Shown: positions 36,668 to 47,030, counted from the stretch's first letter. The stretch: DNA of 64,000 nucleotides from Candidatus Poribacteria bacterium (GCA_965222805.1 CBDCUX010000005.1:2978777-3042776), one strand, 5' to 3'. Translations and numbers: made by a program. The notes: generated by a model not told the origin, from the letters alone.

Positions 36668-37462
36668 CTATTTCTTCACAATCTCACTGAGCGGACGAGC
36701 ATTGATGAAGAGTTTGGCACCGTGGCTGACATCTGGGGTTGTGTCCACCCCACATAGCCAGTTCCATGTGCGCTGGCGACGCGCGAGGTCACGATAGGAT
36801 TCCACTTCGGTGACGTAGGAATGTCGCTCCCGGTTGGTGTAAGGCGGTATCTCCTCTGACTCTATCAGCCAGTCCCGCTTCGGTGACAAGTTTCGGAAGT
36901 ACGAAAATTTAATCATCCCACGACGCTTCGCGTTCAACTTTGGTCCCGCTTTGTGCCAGATGCCGTAGTGGGTCAAAACAACCGTTCCGGCGGGGACAGT
37001 CAAGGAGACTTGGCCCAGAATGTCGCCGTAATGGGCGATTGCCTCTCGATCGACCAATCGATGATGGGAACCGGGAAGCACCATTGTGGGACCATCTTCA
37101 AGTGTAACGTCTCGCGGGTAGTAGTAGCACTGCAGATGATTGACGCCGTAACCGTATTCGGAGAGACCATCGGAGTGCCATGTCTGTCCGGGGTGTGCAT
37201 CTTCATATAGGTGATGGTGTGCGGTTATGGGGATGAAGAAATTTCGTCCGAGCAGCGAGCGAGCGACGCCAGCGACTTCGGGGTGCAAAAGTACTTCTTC
37301 CCGAAATCCGGGTGTGCAAGCGAATTCGGCGATTCTGCCCCCCGGCAAAGTTTCGCATTGACGATTAAACTCATCAGAGACAACTCCTTCGAGAACCACG
37401 GAACCCCCTGAAACAAAATCCATCACCTGGCTGTCGTCCATGGTGGGTTGAATATCGATCAT
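36668..37462 (-). CDS. Phytanoyl-CoA dioxygenase (PhyH) family protein
   Basis: 264 aa. WHSD and H..G..VLTHYGIWH-type 2OG oxygenase motifs. The stop and start almost abut the downstream epimerase (operon). Confidence 0.7.
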   Translation of the reverse strand: MIDIQPTMDDSQVMDFVSGGSVVLEGVVSDEFNRQCETLPGGRIAEFACTPGFREEVLLHPEVAGVARSLLGRNFFIPITAHHHLYEDAHPGQTWHSDGLSEYGYGVNHLQCYYYPRDVTLEDGPTMVLPGSHHRLVDREAIAHYGDILGQVSLTVPAGTVVLTHYGIWHKAGPKLNAKRRGMIKFSYFRNLSPKRDWLIESEEIPPYTNRERHSYVTEVESYRDLARRQRTWNWLCGVDTTPDVSHGAKLFINARPLSEIVKK

Positions 37463-37474
37463 CGTTTCCTCCTG

Positions 37475-37843
37475 TCATAGGTCTAAAGTCGATTTTTCCA
37501 AGATGAATTCGTAGCCCAGATAAGCGTTGTCAATGTCCGAAAATTGGTAGAGTTCCGCCCTTGGAAATTGAACAATCCGCCATCCATCGTTGACCGCTTC
37601 GATAACTGAGTCGTATGGCGCGTCCTGTGACGGTAGTGTGGGTTCATAGGACACCGTTGGGTCATACAACGCCCAACTAGCAATCGCTGAACGCATGCTT
37701 GTCGACTTTGAATAGAGATACAGCACCATCTGTCTTGGCGCAGTCAGAAGTACCTCTAGCCGTTGAAAATCGGCTTCCGTGAAGTTTCCCGCTTGAAGTT
37801 TTTTGCGGTTTTCGTCCAGCCATCCTTTGACTGTAGTTTCCAT
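37475..37843 (-). CDS. Hypothetical protein
   Basis: 122-aa ORF, no recognisable motif. Confidence 0.45.
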   Translation of the reverse strand: METTVKGWLDENRKKLQAGNFTEADFQRLEVLLTAPRQMVLYLYSKSTSMRSAIASWALYDPTVSYEPTLPSQDAPYDSVIEAVNDGWRIVQFPRAELYQFSDIDNAYLGYEFILEKSTLDL

Positions 37844-37865
37844 TTTATTTATCCTTACCTCTTCA

Positions 37866-38006
37866 GGACTTACGCAAATTTAGGACGCGGCGCAAGATTT
37901 TTTTATTTTTAACCCCCTAAATCCCCAACCCCCCGGCCCCCTTATCAGGGGGAGACCCCTTGTCAGGAGAGTTACAGGGGGACTTATGAACCAACTGCGT
38001 AAGTCC
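37866..38006. repeat. MITE-like element family B copy 2
   Basis: GGACTTACGCAAATTTAGG ... GAACCAACTGCGTAAGTCC. Lies directly 3' of an MDR alcohol dehydrogenase gene, as does copy 1. Confidence 0.75.
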
Positions 38007-38020
38007 TACCCTTAAAATTG

Positions 38021-39025
38021 CTAATCCCAGTCGAATACCACTTTGCCGCATCTCGATTCGTCAGCGACGCGGAGTGCTTCGACACCGTCATCAACACGAA
38101 AATGATGTGTCACCGCAGGCTCAAACGTTAGTCCCGTCTGGGCGCAATACCTCACAAAATCCTTCAGCCATGCAATCGGAAATACAACGGATCCCATCAG
38201 GGTAATTCGGCGATAAACCATGTCGCCCGGATTGATAACCTTGTCATCGCTCCCGACACCGACAAGCGCGGCTTTCCCCTCACGACGGAGCGACGGGATG
38301 ATGCTGCTACGTCCGCCGGCGCTGCCGGAGGTTTCGACAACGTAATCAACACCTTCCGTTCCACTGAACGCGACCACAGCATCAACAGGATCTTCTGTTG
38401 CGGCATTGACGGCGGCATCCGCACCGCATTTCTTCGCGACCTCAATACGCTCCTCCATGACATCGACCCCGATAACCCGTGCCCCCATCGACTTTGCAAT
38501 GCGCACAGTGCTCAGCCCAACAGGTCCCAGACCGTATACGGCGATCGTCTGCGGGAAATACTGTTCCACCCCCAATCGCCTCAAAGCGGCATACGCTGTG
38601 GTTCCGACACAGGCGAAAAAGGGACCGTCGATGAAGTCTATCTGATCGGGAAGTACCACACAATTCCGCTCATTTGCCACGACATACTCACCAAATGCCC
38701 CACTGACCACCTTATCCTCCGGGCACCACACAAAATCTCCCAATGAACAGTAGTAGCACTGCCCACACCCTTGATGGTGATGGACGGTCACCCGGTCACC
38801 CACCTTGAGATTGGTCACATTCGGTCCCAATTTTTCAACAATCCCGGACGATTCGTGCCCTTGGACCCAATCTCTCGGTTCCGCAGGTCGATACACGTGG
38901 AGATCACTGCCACAGATCCCGGATACCTTCATCTGAATCCGAACTTCTCCATTTCCCGGTTCCGGGGTGGGGACCTCTTTGACAACACATCGGCTATTAC
39001 CTAAAAAGACGATACCTTTCATCAT
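38021..39025 (-). CDS. Zinc-dependent alcohol dehydrogenase (MDR family; threonine/sorbitol dehydrogenase-like)
   Basis: GICGSDLH, GHESSG, catalytic Zn ligands and the structural Zn motif C..C..C (GCGQCYYC) present. Start ATG 39025 with GGAG RBS. Confidence 0.75.
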   Translation of the reverse strand: MMKGIVFLGNSRCVVKEVPTPEPGNGEVRIQMKVSGICGSDLHVYRPAEPRDWVQGHESSGIVEKLGPNVTNLKVGDRVTVHHHQGCGQCYYCSLGDFVWCPEDKVVSGAFGEYVVANERNCVVLPDQIDFIDGPFFACVGTTAYAALRRLGVEQYFPQTIAVYGLGPVGLSTVRIAKSMGARVIGVDVMEERIEVAKKCGADAAVNAATEDPVDAVVAFSGTEGVDYVVETSGSAGGRSSIIPSLRREGKAALVGVGSDDKVINPGDMVYRRITLMGSVVFPIAWLKDFVRYCAQTGLTFEPAVTHHFRVDDGVEALRVADESRCGKVVFDWD

Positions 39026-39068
39026 AAATGCTCCGATCAATCCGTTGGTTTGTAGTAACCCAAGTAAA

Positions 39069-39091
39069 GGACAACGATCGTTGTGCCCTAC
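39069..39091. repeat. REP-like palindrome GGACAACGATCGTTGTGCC-CTAC
   Basis: Same family as 24982-25006 and 60524-60548. Confidence 0.6.
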
Positions 39092-39105
39092 AATTCTTTT
39101 CAAGA

Positions 39106-40521
39106 TTAAGTCGAGTTTGAACTGAGCCAGTAAGCGTAAAAACGCCCATTTCGCAGGGTAAAGCGGAGGCGGATGGTTCGTCCCAGAAATTGAGCGATAT
39201 TGCTCTCAGACCATGCAATCCGTGCAGCGGGGTAATCACCGTGAAGTCGGGCGGAGGCGGCGAGGGTATCACCATCGGTGGAAAGTATTTCAACGCCCAA
39301 CTCGCCGGTGGGCACATCGACATTGACGAAGAGCGAGTCGCCGGTCAGCCTAAAGGGCTGCGTGCAAATAACCCCAACTGCATTCCCGGCGTCAAGCGAG
39401 ATGAACCCATCACGCCGCAGCACCGCCAAACAGACCGCGCCGGTATCAGGATAGTAGTCGTCATATCCCGGCACTTCGCCGGAGGTGATGAAGGCATACT
39501 GTTTGGTGCCTGTGTAGTAGAACCATAGCTCGTCACCTCGCACGACAGCGTTGGAGGGACCGAGCAGCCCTTGCAAATCGTAAGCACCGCCACCCAACGT
39601 TGAGGTTTCGATGAACGGCTTGCGTTCACCAACGCGTATCCAGTTTTTCAAATCACGGCTACAGGCTACCTGAATGTTGTAGAAGCCGGTATAATCTCCG
39701 TACTGCCTAACACACTCCAGGATATATGGCGACAGGCGCAGCCTGTCAAAACCGGGCCAATCGGTAGGGACTTTGCCGGTGTGGTGGTACATGGACGGCA
39801 ATCCGATGTATATCCCTTCGTAGCGAAATACGCCCATATTGTAGATTTGTACGCTGTAATGTTCAGGTGTGTTGTATTCCGTTTGCCGGAGGTTGGGATT
39901 GGCGAGCCGTGCTTCGATGACATCTTTGCCCATTTCCTGATCCACTTCGTCGGCGTGAAAAACAACCCCATAGTCATCCCAGTTCTCAAAGTCCGTGCTA
40001 GTTGCCACGGCAAGCGACCTGCCGTAGGGACCGGAACGTTTCACTGTGTGGATGAATAAACCTTCCTTTTCGTTGTAGGAGAAGTTTCCTTCGTCTGAAC
40101 TTTGCACAGCGGGCACATTTAGTTTTGTCCAGTTCACGCCGTCCGGTGAGACCGCGAAACCCGCGTTGAGGAGTGCGGATTTATATCGCCTGCTCGGATC
40201 CGGATCGCTTGCGTCACGAACCGCCATTGGTCCCCCAATGTTTGGTCTGGGACCCGGCGTCCAGTGCAGCCCATCCGCACTGATGCGGTAACCATCGTCC
40301 GTCCCGATGACCCAGAACTTGTAAACCGATTCCTCCGGATCCCAAGTCGGTGCGGTGCGCGTTTGGATCGTCTGGTTCGGATCGGCACTCCGAACCACCG
40401 CGCCCCTCTTGGAGGGCTGGTGGAGCGTCCGGGTGAGGTTCTCCAAGCGTTCAATCCCGACATCGTCGAGAAATAGCTGCCGCTGGTCACACGGGATATT
40501 GAATTGCGCTGCATCGTTCAT
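39106..40521 (-). CDS. Putative glycoside hydrolase, beta-propeller fold (GH32/43/130-like)
   Basis: 471 aa. Start moved to ATG 40521 (AAGGAAG RBS). Asp/Trp-rich blocks (WDPEESVYKFWV, WDDYGVVF, GDELWFYYTG) typical of five-bladed propeller glycosidases. Family assignment uncertain. Confidence 0.45.
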   Translation of the reverse strand: MNDAAQFNIPCDQRQLFLDDVGIERLENLTRTLHQPSKRGAVVRSADPNQTIQTRTAPTWDPEESVYKFWVIGTDDGYRISADGLHWTPGPRPNIGGPMAVRDASDPDPSRRYKSALLNAGFAVSPDGVNWTKLNVPAVQSSDEGNFSYNEKEGLFIHTVKRSGPYGRSLAVATSTDFENWDDYGVVFHADEVDQEMGKDVIEARLANPNLRQTEYNTPEHYSVQIYNMGVFRYEGIYIGLPSMYHHTGKVPTDWPGFDRLRLSPYILECVRQYGDYTGFYNIQVACSRDLKNWIRVGERKPFIETSTLGGGAYDLQGLLGPSNAVVRGDELWFYYTGTKQYAFITSGEVPGYDDYYPDTGAVCLAVLRRDGFISLDAGNAVGVICTQPFRLTGDSLFVNVDVPTGELGVEILSTDGDTLAASARLHGDYPAARIAWSESNIAQFLGRTIRLRFTLRNGRFYAYWLSSNST

Positions 40522-40590
40522 GCAAAGCTTCCTTTCGTCCCTGCACATCGCAGGAGATCACAAAGAATAGATAACTCCACCTTCACACAC

Positions 40591-41580
40591 TTATGATGGA
40601 GATTCGTTAATCGCCTGCATCAACGCATGGATATAACCGAAGCAATACCCGAAACCGACGCCGCCGGGATTCTCACCGGAAATCCCTGGCACATGGTCTG
40701 GCATCACCATGTAGGGGTAGTCAACCTCCTTAAGGACACGCAACGCCTTGAGCATATTCACATCGCCCTCGTCTGGAAACACCTCGACAAAATCGAGGAG
40801 ACCGCCCTTGATGTTACGGAAGTGGATGTTAAACAGTTTCTTCCGCTCGCCGAAGTAGCGGATGACATCGTAGATATCTTGACCCGGATTCTCCAGCGAT
40901 TCCGACATCGTTCCGATACAGAAGTTCAACCCGTGGTAAGGGCTCTCGTGCATCTCAATGAATTTCTTGAAGCCTTCAACGGTGCCCATGACTCTGGCAA
41001 CGCCCCGATATAGCCGATCACCGATGCTCGGATCCTGTGGGTGGCAAGCCAATCGTACTTTGTACTCCTCAGCCACGGGGACAACCCGCGACAGGAAGTA
41101 GTCGATTCGCTCCCACATCTCGTCCGCATCGGCGGGCCCGTCTTCAAACTCGCTCAGCGTTTGGTCAAGTTTATGGTACTCAAACGACGACAAACTTGCG
41201 CCGCCCCGTCCAAACCGCCTTCCCGTGCGTAGATGACCAAGAATCGTGATGTTGTACCGTCCGGCTGGAATTCCTGCCCGCGCCATGTTGCGGAGCAGGT
41301 CGCAGATTTGGTCAAGCTCCCGGTCCCGTTCCGGACTGGGCCCGAGGAAGACGTGAGGTGCGCCTTGTGTCCTCGCGGGTCCTGACGCCAGCGGTAGGAT
41401 CATCATATCAAGTGAAATGTCTAGTGCTGCCAGTTTCTCCTTAAACTGCGATAGAACATCTACATCCCAATCCTGCCATTCGCCGGGGGGATTGGATGAA
41501 ACATGATTCACACCCAACTGAGGCAGTACCTTGTAAGCATCCCAGTTATCTCCTGAAAGGTTCTGTGTACCAACGTGCAT
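40591..41580 (-). CDS. uxuA: Mannonate dehydratase
   Basis: VVPVAEEYKVRLACHPQDP, NIHFRNIKG and MVMPDHVPG match UxuA conserved blocks ([34 protein letters not shown]). Confidence 0.75.
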   Translation of the reverse strand: MHVGTQNLSGDNWDAYKVLPQLGVNHVSSNPPGEWQDWDVDVLSQFKEKLAALDISLDMMILPLASGPARTQGAPHVFLGPSPERDRELDQICDLLRNMARAGIPAGRYNITILGHLRTGRRFGRGGASLSSFEYHKLDQTLSEFEDGPADADEMWERIDYFLSRVVPVAEEYKVRLACHPQDPSIGDRLYRGVARVMGTVEGFKKFIEMHESPYHGLNFCIGTMSESLENPGQDIYDVIRYFGERKKLFNIHFRNIKGGLLDFVEVFPDEGDVNMLKALRVLKEVDYPYMVMPDHVPGISGENPGGVGFGYCFGYIHALMQAINESPS

Positions 41581-41720
41581 TTTGAACTCCTTTGATTGTG
41601 GAAGATTCCGATATTATCGGGGTGGTTTCTGTAAATTCTGTACTCTTTGTAAGGGTGACCTCTTCATCAAATTGCACCAAAAACTAATAACTCATGGTGT
41701 ACTGAAAATCTCAAATCTTA

Positions 41721-42233
41721 TTACTTTCTATCTTTATTATTGAAACGTTGGACTACCCAATAGTCTCCATGATTTTTGGAAACTTCGGTTGATTCTTCGT
41801 AGTCCCCTGATGTATATTGTGCGATGACTTTTCTCCAAAACATTTGTGCGACTTTATGAGATAGGGCTTGCATCACTTCCCAATTCCCTCTAAATCGATC
41901 AAATATGTATTGGGCGACATATGTGCCAACCCCTTTACGTCTGCACTTCTGAAGGATAAAGAATTCGGCAATGTTATAATCCACCAAAGTGTTTACACCG
42001 ACGTTGTCGATAAGCACAAATCCGGCGAGGTGACGATCTACTCTTACGACAAAGGCATATTCGTCATCATCTTTCCAAAATCTAGATAGATCGCCGAATG
42101 CATATCCTTCAAATAATCCACTTTCCGGACAATTCCAATCTGTAACCGTTGATAGGTCATAGTAATACAATCGGAATAAATTGTTAACCACTGGTAAATC
42201 CTTTTTTTGAGCTTCTATAATTTCAATTCTCAT
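41721..42233 (-). CDS. GNAT family N-acetyltransferase (AT-rich, likely horizontally acquired)
   Basis: 170 aa. GNAT core FFILQKCRRKGVGTYV. About 38-40% GC versus about 55% in the flanks. Inserted between uxuA and the ManD-like gene. Confidence 0.65.
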   Translation of the reverse strand: MRIEIIEAQKKDLPVVNNLFRLYYYDLSTVTDWNCPESGLFEGYAFGDLSRFWKDDDEYAFVVRVDRHLAGFVLIDNVGVNTLVDYNIAEFFILQKCRRKGVGTYVAQYIFDRFRGNWEVMQALSHKVAQMFWRKVIAQYTSGDYEESTEVSKNHGDYWVVQRFNNKDRK

Positions 42234-42286
42234 CAGACAATTTCAGATTTCAGCGGTCTGCGACCTAGGAGTTTCGTCCGTATTTT

Positions 42287-42413
42287 GGGCAGGCACAAGA
42301 CCTGCCCCTACATTTGGTCCATTCCTATAGGGGCATCCCTTATGGTTGCCCTACTGTAGGTCGATTTTCCAAAATCGACAGTTTTGTGTCGAGATATGAA
42401 TCTCGACCTACTA
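42287..42413. repeat. Cluster of REP-like palindromes, including a head-to-head CCTACTGTAGG pair
   Basis: GGGCAGGCACAAGACCTGCCC-CTAC; CCCTACTGTAGG (two opposed GTAG heads); TCGATTTTCCAAAATCGA; GTCGAGATATGAATCTCGAC-CTAC. Confidence 0.65.
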
Positions 42414-42469
42414 GTCCTGTTGACATTTGATAGATTGAACTGCAAGCGAGAAGAATTGGTATCGGATGA

Positions 42470-43672
42470 TTAGGGACGCGTTGGGCTGCCATCCGGCAAG
42501 CGGGTCTGTGTCCACCACTCGACCTGATCCTCACACGGGTATTTCGCCGCCAAGTCCTCATTGATGTCGATTCCCAGCCCCGGTTTGTCGCTGGGATACA
42601 TGTACCCGTTGCGAACTTCTGGCGTACCGGGGAAGATTTCATACACATGTTCAGGGAAGTTACACCATTCCTGAATTCCAAAGTTCGGTGCCCATAGGTC
42701 TAAGTGCAGGTTTGCGGCGTGTCCCACCGGCGATGTGTCGCCGGGTCCGTGCCACGCGGTGCGGACGCCGTACATGTTGGCAAACGCCGCGACATGACGC
42801 GCGGGAGTCAGTCCGCCCATCTGGCTGACATGCATCCGGATAAAGTCGATTAGGCGATCGGCGATTAGTGGTTGCCACTCGCGGGGATTATTGAACAGCT
42901 CACCCATCGCGATTGGGGTGCAACACTGTTGGCGCATATTGGCGAACCACTCCAGATCCTCTGGCGCAAGCGGGTCCTCCAAAAAGAAAAGATTGAACGG
43001 CTCTACATCCTTGGCGAACTTGACCGCATCAATGGGATGCAGCCGCTCATGGATATCGTGCAACAGTTCAGCCTCATCCCCCACTTCGGCTCGAACATGC
43101 TCAATCATCCGCAACATATTTAACATGTACTCCCGTGGGTCGAAATACGCTCCGTCAGGCGCGCCTTCCGGTTTAACGATTCGGCTCGCTTCCCCACCAT
43201 AGCCGCCCATTTGAATCCGAATGTAGCGGTAGCCGTTTCCCATGAATTGCCGGACGCTGTCAGCGACGGCTTCGGGCGAGCTGCCTCCCGCATGACCGTA
43301 GACCGCAGCCCCCTCACGACATTTCCCACCCAAAAGTTCATAAACCGGCATCCCTGCCTGTTTCCCTTTGATGTCCCATAGTGCTTGATCGGCACCAGAG
43401 ATTGCGTTGCTCAGAACGGGTCCATTACGCCAGTAGCTATGCACCATCCCCATCTGCCAGACCTCCTCGATGCGGGAGACATCGCGCCCGATCAGGAAAG
43501 GTTTCAGATGTTTTTCCATCGCGGTGACAACGGCGTGGAATCGCTGTGTAAAGGTTGCACATCCCAAGCCGTACAGCCCTGGCTCCGAGGTGATAATTTT
43601 GACGATAACCAACCGTGAACCAGCCGGTTGGGTTGTGATTGTCTGAACATCTTTAATCGTTACTGTAGCCAT
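42470..43672 (-). CDS. Enolase-superfamily D-mannonate/D-galactonate dehydratase-like protein (ManD/RspA-like)
   Basis: 400 aa. N-terminal MATVTIKDVQTITTQPAGSRLVIVKI.. and C-terminal barrel typical of the ManD subgroup. Confidence 0.65.
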   Translation of the reverse strand: MATVTIKDVQTITTQPAGSRLVIVKIITSEPGLYGLGCATFTQRFHAVVTAMEKHLKPFLIGRDVSRIEEVWQMGMVHSYWRNGPVLSNAISGADQALWDIKGKQAGMPVYELLGGKCREGAAVYGHAGGSSPEAVADSVRQFMGNGYRYIRIQMGGYGGEASRIVKPEGAPDGAYFDPREYMLNMLRMIEHVRAEVGDEAELLHDIHERLHPIDAVKFAKDVEPFNLFFLEDPLAPEDLEWFANMRQQCCTPIAMGELFNNPREWQPLIADRLIDFIRMHVSQMGGLTPARHVAAFANMYGVRTAWHGPGDTSPVGHAANLHLDLWAPNFGIQEWCNFPEHVYEIFPGTPEVRNGYMYPSDKPGLGIDINEDLAAKYPCEDQVEWWTQTRLPDGSPTRP

Positions 43673-43707
43673 TTAAGTCCCTTCTCTCCACTTGGGGTAA
43701 GCGTATG

Positions 43708-43735
43708 GTAGGGAGCGCAGATCCGCGTTCCCTAC
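43708..43735. repeat. REP-like palindrome flanked by GTAG and CTAC (GTAGGGAGCGCAGATCCGCGTTCCCTAC)
   Basis: Both strands present the GTAG head. Confidence 0.6.
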
Positions 43736-43874
43736 CTTTACCTAGCGAACCTTTTTCGTGAAGACGTGATTTTTTATGTTGCCCAAGTTAGACAGATTTG
43801 CTAAAATTCTCTCACTACCGCACAATCATACTGCACCGAGAACAATAACACTACACCAAAGAAAGGAATGAGAT

Positions 43875-44939
43875 ATGTTGAGCACCCAATCGCTTCAATT
43901 CAAGTGTTTCTGTTTTGCGTTTGTCCCGATCGCTAGTTTCATCGTCACTACCGCGGCGATAGCTGACCAGCATTCGTCAATGCCGAGCGGAGATGCAAGT
44001 ATCGTCTCCCCAGATGCCAAGCTAGAGCTATTGTTTAGCGACGCGTTCTTCACAGAGGGAGCTGCTGTGGCACCGGATGGTAGCGTCTATTTCAGTGACA
44101 TTACCTTTACGCATGGGTCAGACATGCAGGCGGGACACATCTGGAGATATGACCCCAAGACCGGAACGGCTTCCGTTTATCGCTCACCAAGCGGGATGTC
44201 CAACGGCATCAAGTTTGACGCCCAAGGACGAATGATCGTCGCCGAAGGCGCGGACTTCGGTGGACGCCGCGTCACCCGGACGGACATGACGACAGGCAAA
44301 AGTGAAATCATCGCCGGTCTGTATGAGGGACAACCGTTTAATGCGCCCAACGACATCACCATTGATGAAAAAGGGCGAATCTATTTCAGCGACCCACGAT
44401 ATCTGGGGCATGAGCCGATAGACCAACCCATCATGGCAGTATACCGAATTGATCCGGACGGCTCGATTCACCGCATTATCACCGACGCGGGCAAGCCGAA
44501 CGGCGTAGCGGTATCGCCCGACCAGAAATCACTATACGTGGTCAGTAATGACAACGGGATGACCGGCATTGGTCGGATGCCCGACGATACGCCGCTTCAT
44601 AGAGGACGTATGGCGTTGCTAGCATACGATTTAGCGGCAGACGGAACTGCCACGTTTAGGAAAGTGTTGGTTGACTACACCCCACAAGATGGTCCGGACG
44701 GACTGGTCGTTGATGCTGAAGGAAACCTTTATGTCGCCGTGCGCGATACCACTCGACCGGGCATCTGCGTTTACTCACCCGAAGGGACGGAACTGGCGTA
44801 TATCCCAACGACGCCGGAACTCCCGACCAATGTTGCGTTTGGTCGTGGGGCTGAGAGCAAGACGCTGTATGTTACATCGGGAAACAGCCTCTACCAAATC
44901 AAGGTGATGAAGGACGGTTATCATCTGCCGTCAGAATGA
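43875..44939 (+). CDS. SMP-30/gluconolactonase/LRE-like region protein (secreted)
   Basis: Signal peptide. Six-bladed propeller blocks (PNG.A.SPD...LYV, DG..VD..GN.Y) typical of gluconolactonase. Confidence 0.65.
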   Translation: MLSTQSLQFKCFCFAFVPIASFIVTTAAIADQHSSMPSGDASIVSPDAKLELLFSDAFFTEGAAVAPDGSVYFSDITFTHGSDMQAGHIWRYDPKTGTASVYRSPSGMSNGIKFDAQGRMIVAEGADFGGRRVTRTDMTTGKSEIIAGLYEGQPFNAPNDITIDEKGRIYFSDPRYLGHEPIDQPIMAVYRIDPDGSIHRIITDAGKPNGVAVSPDQKSLYVVSNDNGMTGIGRMPDDTPLHRGRMALLAYDLAADGTATFRKVLVDYTPQDGPDGLVVDAEGNLYVAVRDTTRPGICVYSPEGTELAYIPTTPELPTNVAFGRGAESKTLYVTSGNSLYQIKVMKDGYHLPSE

Positions 44940-45051
44940 AGCGTGAAGCGTACTTCCACCGCAGAGACACGGAGAAAAACAATAACTCAAGTTGCTATTT
45001 ATCAAACCTGCTCGGCTTGGATAGACATATTCAAGCCGTCCTCGCAGATGT

Positions 45052-45075
45052 GCAGTGGATTTGTCAATCCACTGC
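45052..45075. terminator. Perfect 10-bp-stem palindrome GCAGTGGATT-TGTC-AATCCACTGC between convergent genes
   Basis: A near-identical copy at 52094-52116 sits in the equivalent convergent position. Confidence 0.45.
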
Positions 45076-45205
45076 GAGCATAAGTGGCAACTTGCGTAAC
45101 GATAATAAAAACTCTGCGTCTCTGTGGTCGGTTTTCCCGTTTTCTGCTTTTAGCGCGGGTCGGGTCTTTAGCGAAACGAGATCACGCCAGCAGGGTGATG
45201 CGTGA

Positions 45206-46705
45206 CTATCCAACTCCAAACAGTTTCCCAATCAACCCCCAGCCGCTGATTCCTGCGAAAACAATCAGAATCCCCGCCGACACAATCGCGCCGAGCAGCA
45301 TCGGAAACCGTGTCCGATAAGCGGCGGGCAGTTTGAAGTTCAAATATATCGCGCCAATCATCATCAGGGCAATTGATAGGTTCGCCAAGATAAATCCGGC
45401 AATCTGCGTGAGGATGTCGAACGGAATATTGAGCCAAACGATGACAAATGTGGTTATGAAAATATAGAGACAGACGTAGCGTCGAATTTTATCATAATCC
45501 CACTCCCGGTTGGGCCAAATTGCTTGGAAAAATTCCTGTGACACGCGGGCGTAGATTTCGGGGAGCGCTTGCAAAGTTCCCCAAAGTGCCGCGATAATGC
45601 AGATGTAATAGACCCAGATCAGCTTATCGTGGATTTCACTCCAGACATGGCGTTGCTCGGTGAGCAGGCTCCAGCCCTTAAACTCACTTTCCTTTGGGTA
45701 CAGAACGGCGGCACCGGATAACATAAACGCGGCCGTTACAATGAACAGAACAATTGCCCCCATGCCGACATCCCATCGCAACGGCGCGACAATTTTTCGC
45801 AATCGAGTGACCTGTTCCGGATCATCGGGCAGGTAGTCAATCTTATCGTGTGCGAAAGCGTGTTGACGGATCGCTTCAATTTTTTGGTGCCCCGTCATCC
45901 CCCAACGGTGGATTCCAACCCAGTTGGCATAGACAATGTACCCCATCACCGAACCGCCCACGTAAGCGAATGCCGTTGCCATCGTTAGGAGTGGGTTTTG
46001 AACGGTATCTTGAGGGGTCCACTCAGGAAACTCCGGCAATCGTCCAAAGCTAAGACTTCCGATAAACGCTTTTCCCAAATCTGGACGCACCATCAGGGTT
46101 CCGATGATAGTCCCCACAACAAGGATGGTGCAAATGATGAGCTGCTGTCTCTCTAACTTTTCAAACGAAAGTCGTAAGCCAAATCCGAGGGCAATGCCGA
46201 TGAAGCAGCAGGTGATAATGTTCTCATAAGTCACTTCCGAGATAGATGTCGGCAACATGCCACTGAGAAAAAGGTGGAACAGATCCCCGCACGGCTTTGC
46301 AATCGGCACCCAAGCCAGCGGTGCGCCGATCATCTCCATCAACATGATTGCAATCAGCAGCCAGCCGCGCGGTCCCGGCAGCCGCACAAGCCGATGCCCG
46401 ATATATTCGCCGCTGACCGCTGTGTATCGTCCGAGCAGGTAAGTAACGAAGACACCCTTAACCACGCAGCTCAAAAGCACAAGCCATAGCAGTCCATAGC
46501 GTGCCCACGCGCCTGCTCTGACGACGACAATCGTTTCACCGGCACCGATGCTGACCGATGCCACAATCGCGGCAGGTCCAAAAACGGCGAGCAATCCGAA
46601 CACTTTGTTCATTGACCACGGTTGAGAAAACACGCCGCTGACAGGTGGTACGCCAACTTTGCCGATATCTTCTTCGGGCTCCTGAACTGTTTCTCTATTG
46701 TCCAT
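45206..46705 (-). CDS. NRAMP-family divalent metal cation transporter-like membrane protein
   Basis: 499 aa, about 11 TM helices. FGPAAIVASVSIGAGE region resembles the Nramp DPGN/consensus transport motif region. Assignment moderate. Confidence 0.5.
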   Translation of the reverse strand: MDNRETVQEPEEDIGKVGVPPVSGVFSQPWSMNKVFGLLAVFGPAAIVASVSIGAGETIVVVRAGAWARYGLLWLVLLSCVVKGVFVTYLLGRYTAVSGEYIGHRLVRLPGPRGWLLIAIMLMEMIGAPLAWVPIAKPCGDLFHLFLSGMLPTSISEVTYENIITCCFIGIALGFGLRLSFEKLERQQLIICTILVVGTIIGTLMVRPDLGKAFIGSLSFGRLPEFPEWTPQDTVQNPLLTMATAFAYVGGSVMGYIVYANWVGIHRWGMTGHQKIEAIRQHAFAHDKIDYLPDDPEQVTRLRKIVAPLRWDVGMGAIVLFIVTAAFMLSGAAVLYPKESEFKGWSLLTEQRHVWSEIHDKLIWVYYICIIAALWGTLQALPEIYARVSQEFFQAIWPNREWDYDKIRRYVCLYIFITTFVIVWLNIPFDILTQIAGFILANLSIALMMIGAIYLNFKLPAAYRTRFPMLLGAIVSAGILIVFAGISGWGLIGKLFGVG

Positions 46706-47030
46706 GTCCTTCCTTTCATTTCAAAGGCAACGTTCCCGCTTCCTTCTTTTTCTTTTATTATGTAGAGAGAGTTTGCCTTGGGGATTTTGGAAAAAACGCT
46801 TGGCTATATTAGCATACATCCGAAACCGTGTCTATTAAAAAAGAATCCTGAGTCCTGTGTTGACAGGGTCAAGTTTTGGGGTCGATTTTAGGCACAGCTT
46901 GTGCTAAAATAGGGTTATTATTTGAGCATGTCCGGGTGAACCCTGTTCCCAGATAGCGCTTTCGGGGGTGGGCTAAACACGTGCATGGCGCATATCAAAG
47001 AACGAGCATTACACAGATAGGAGAAGATTT

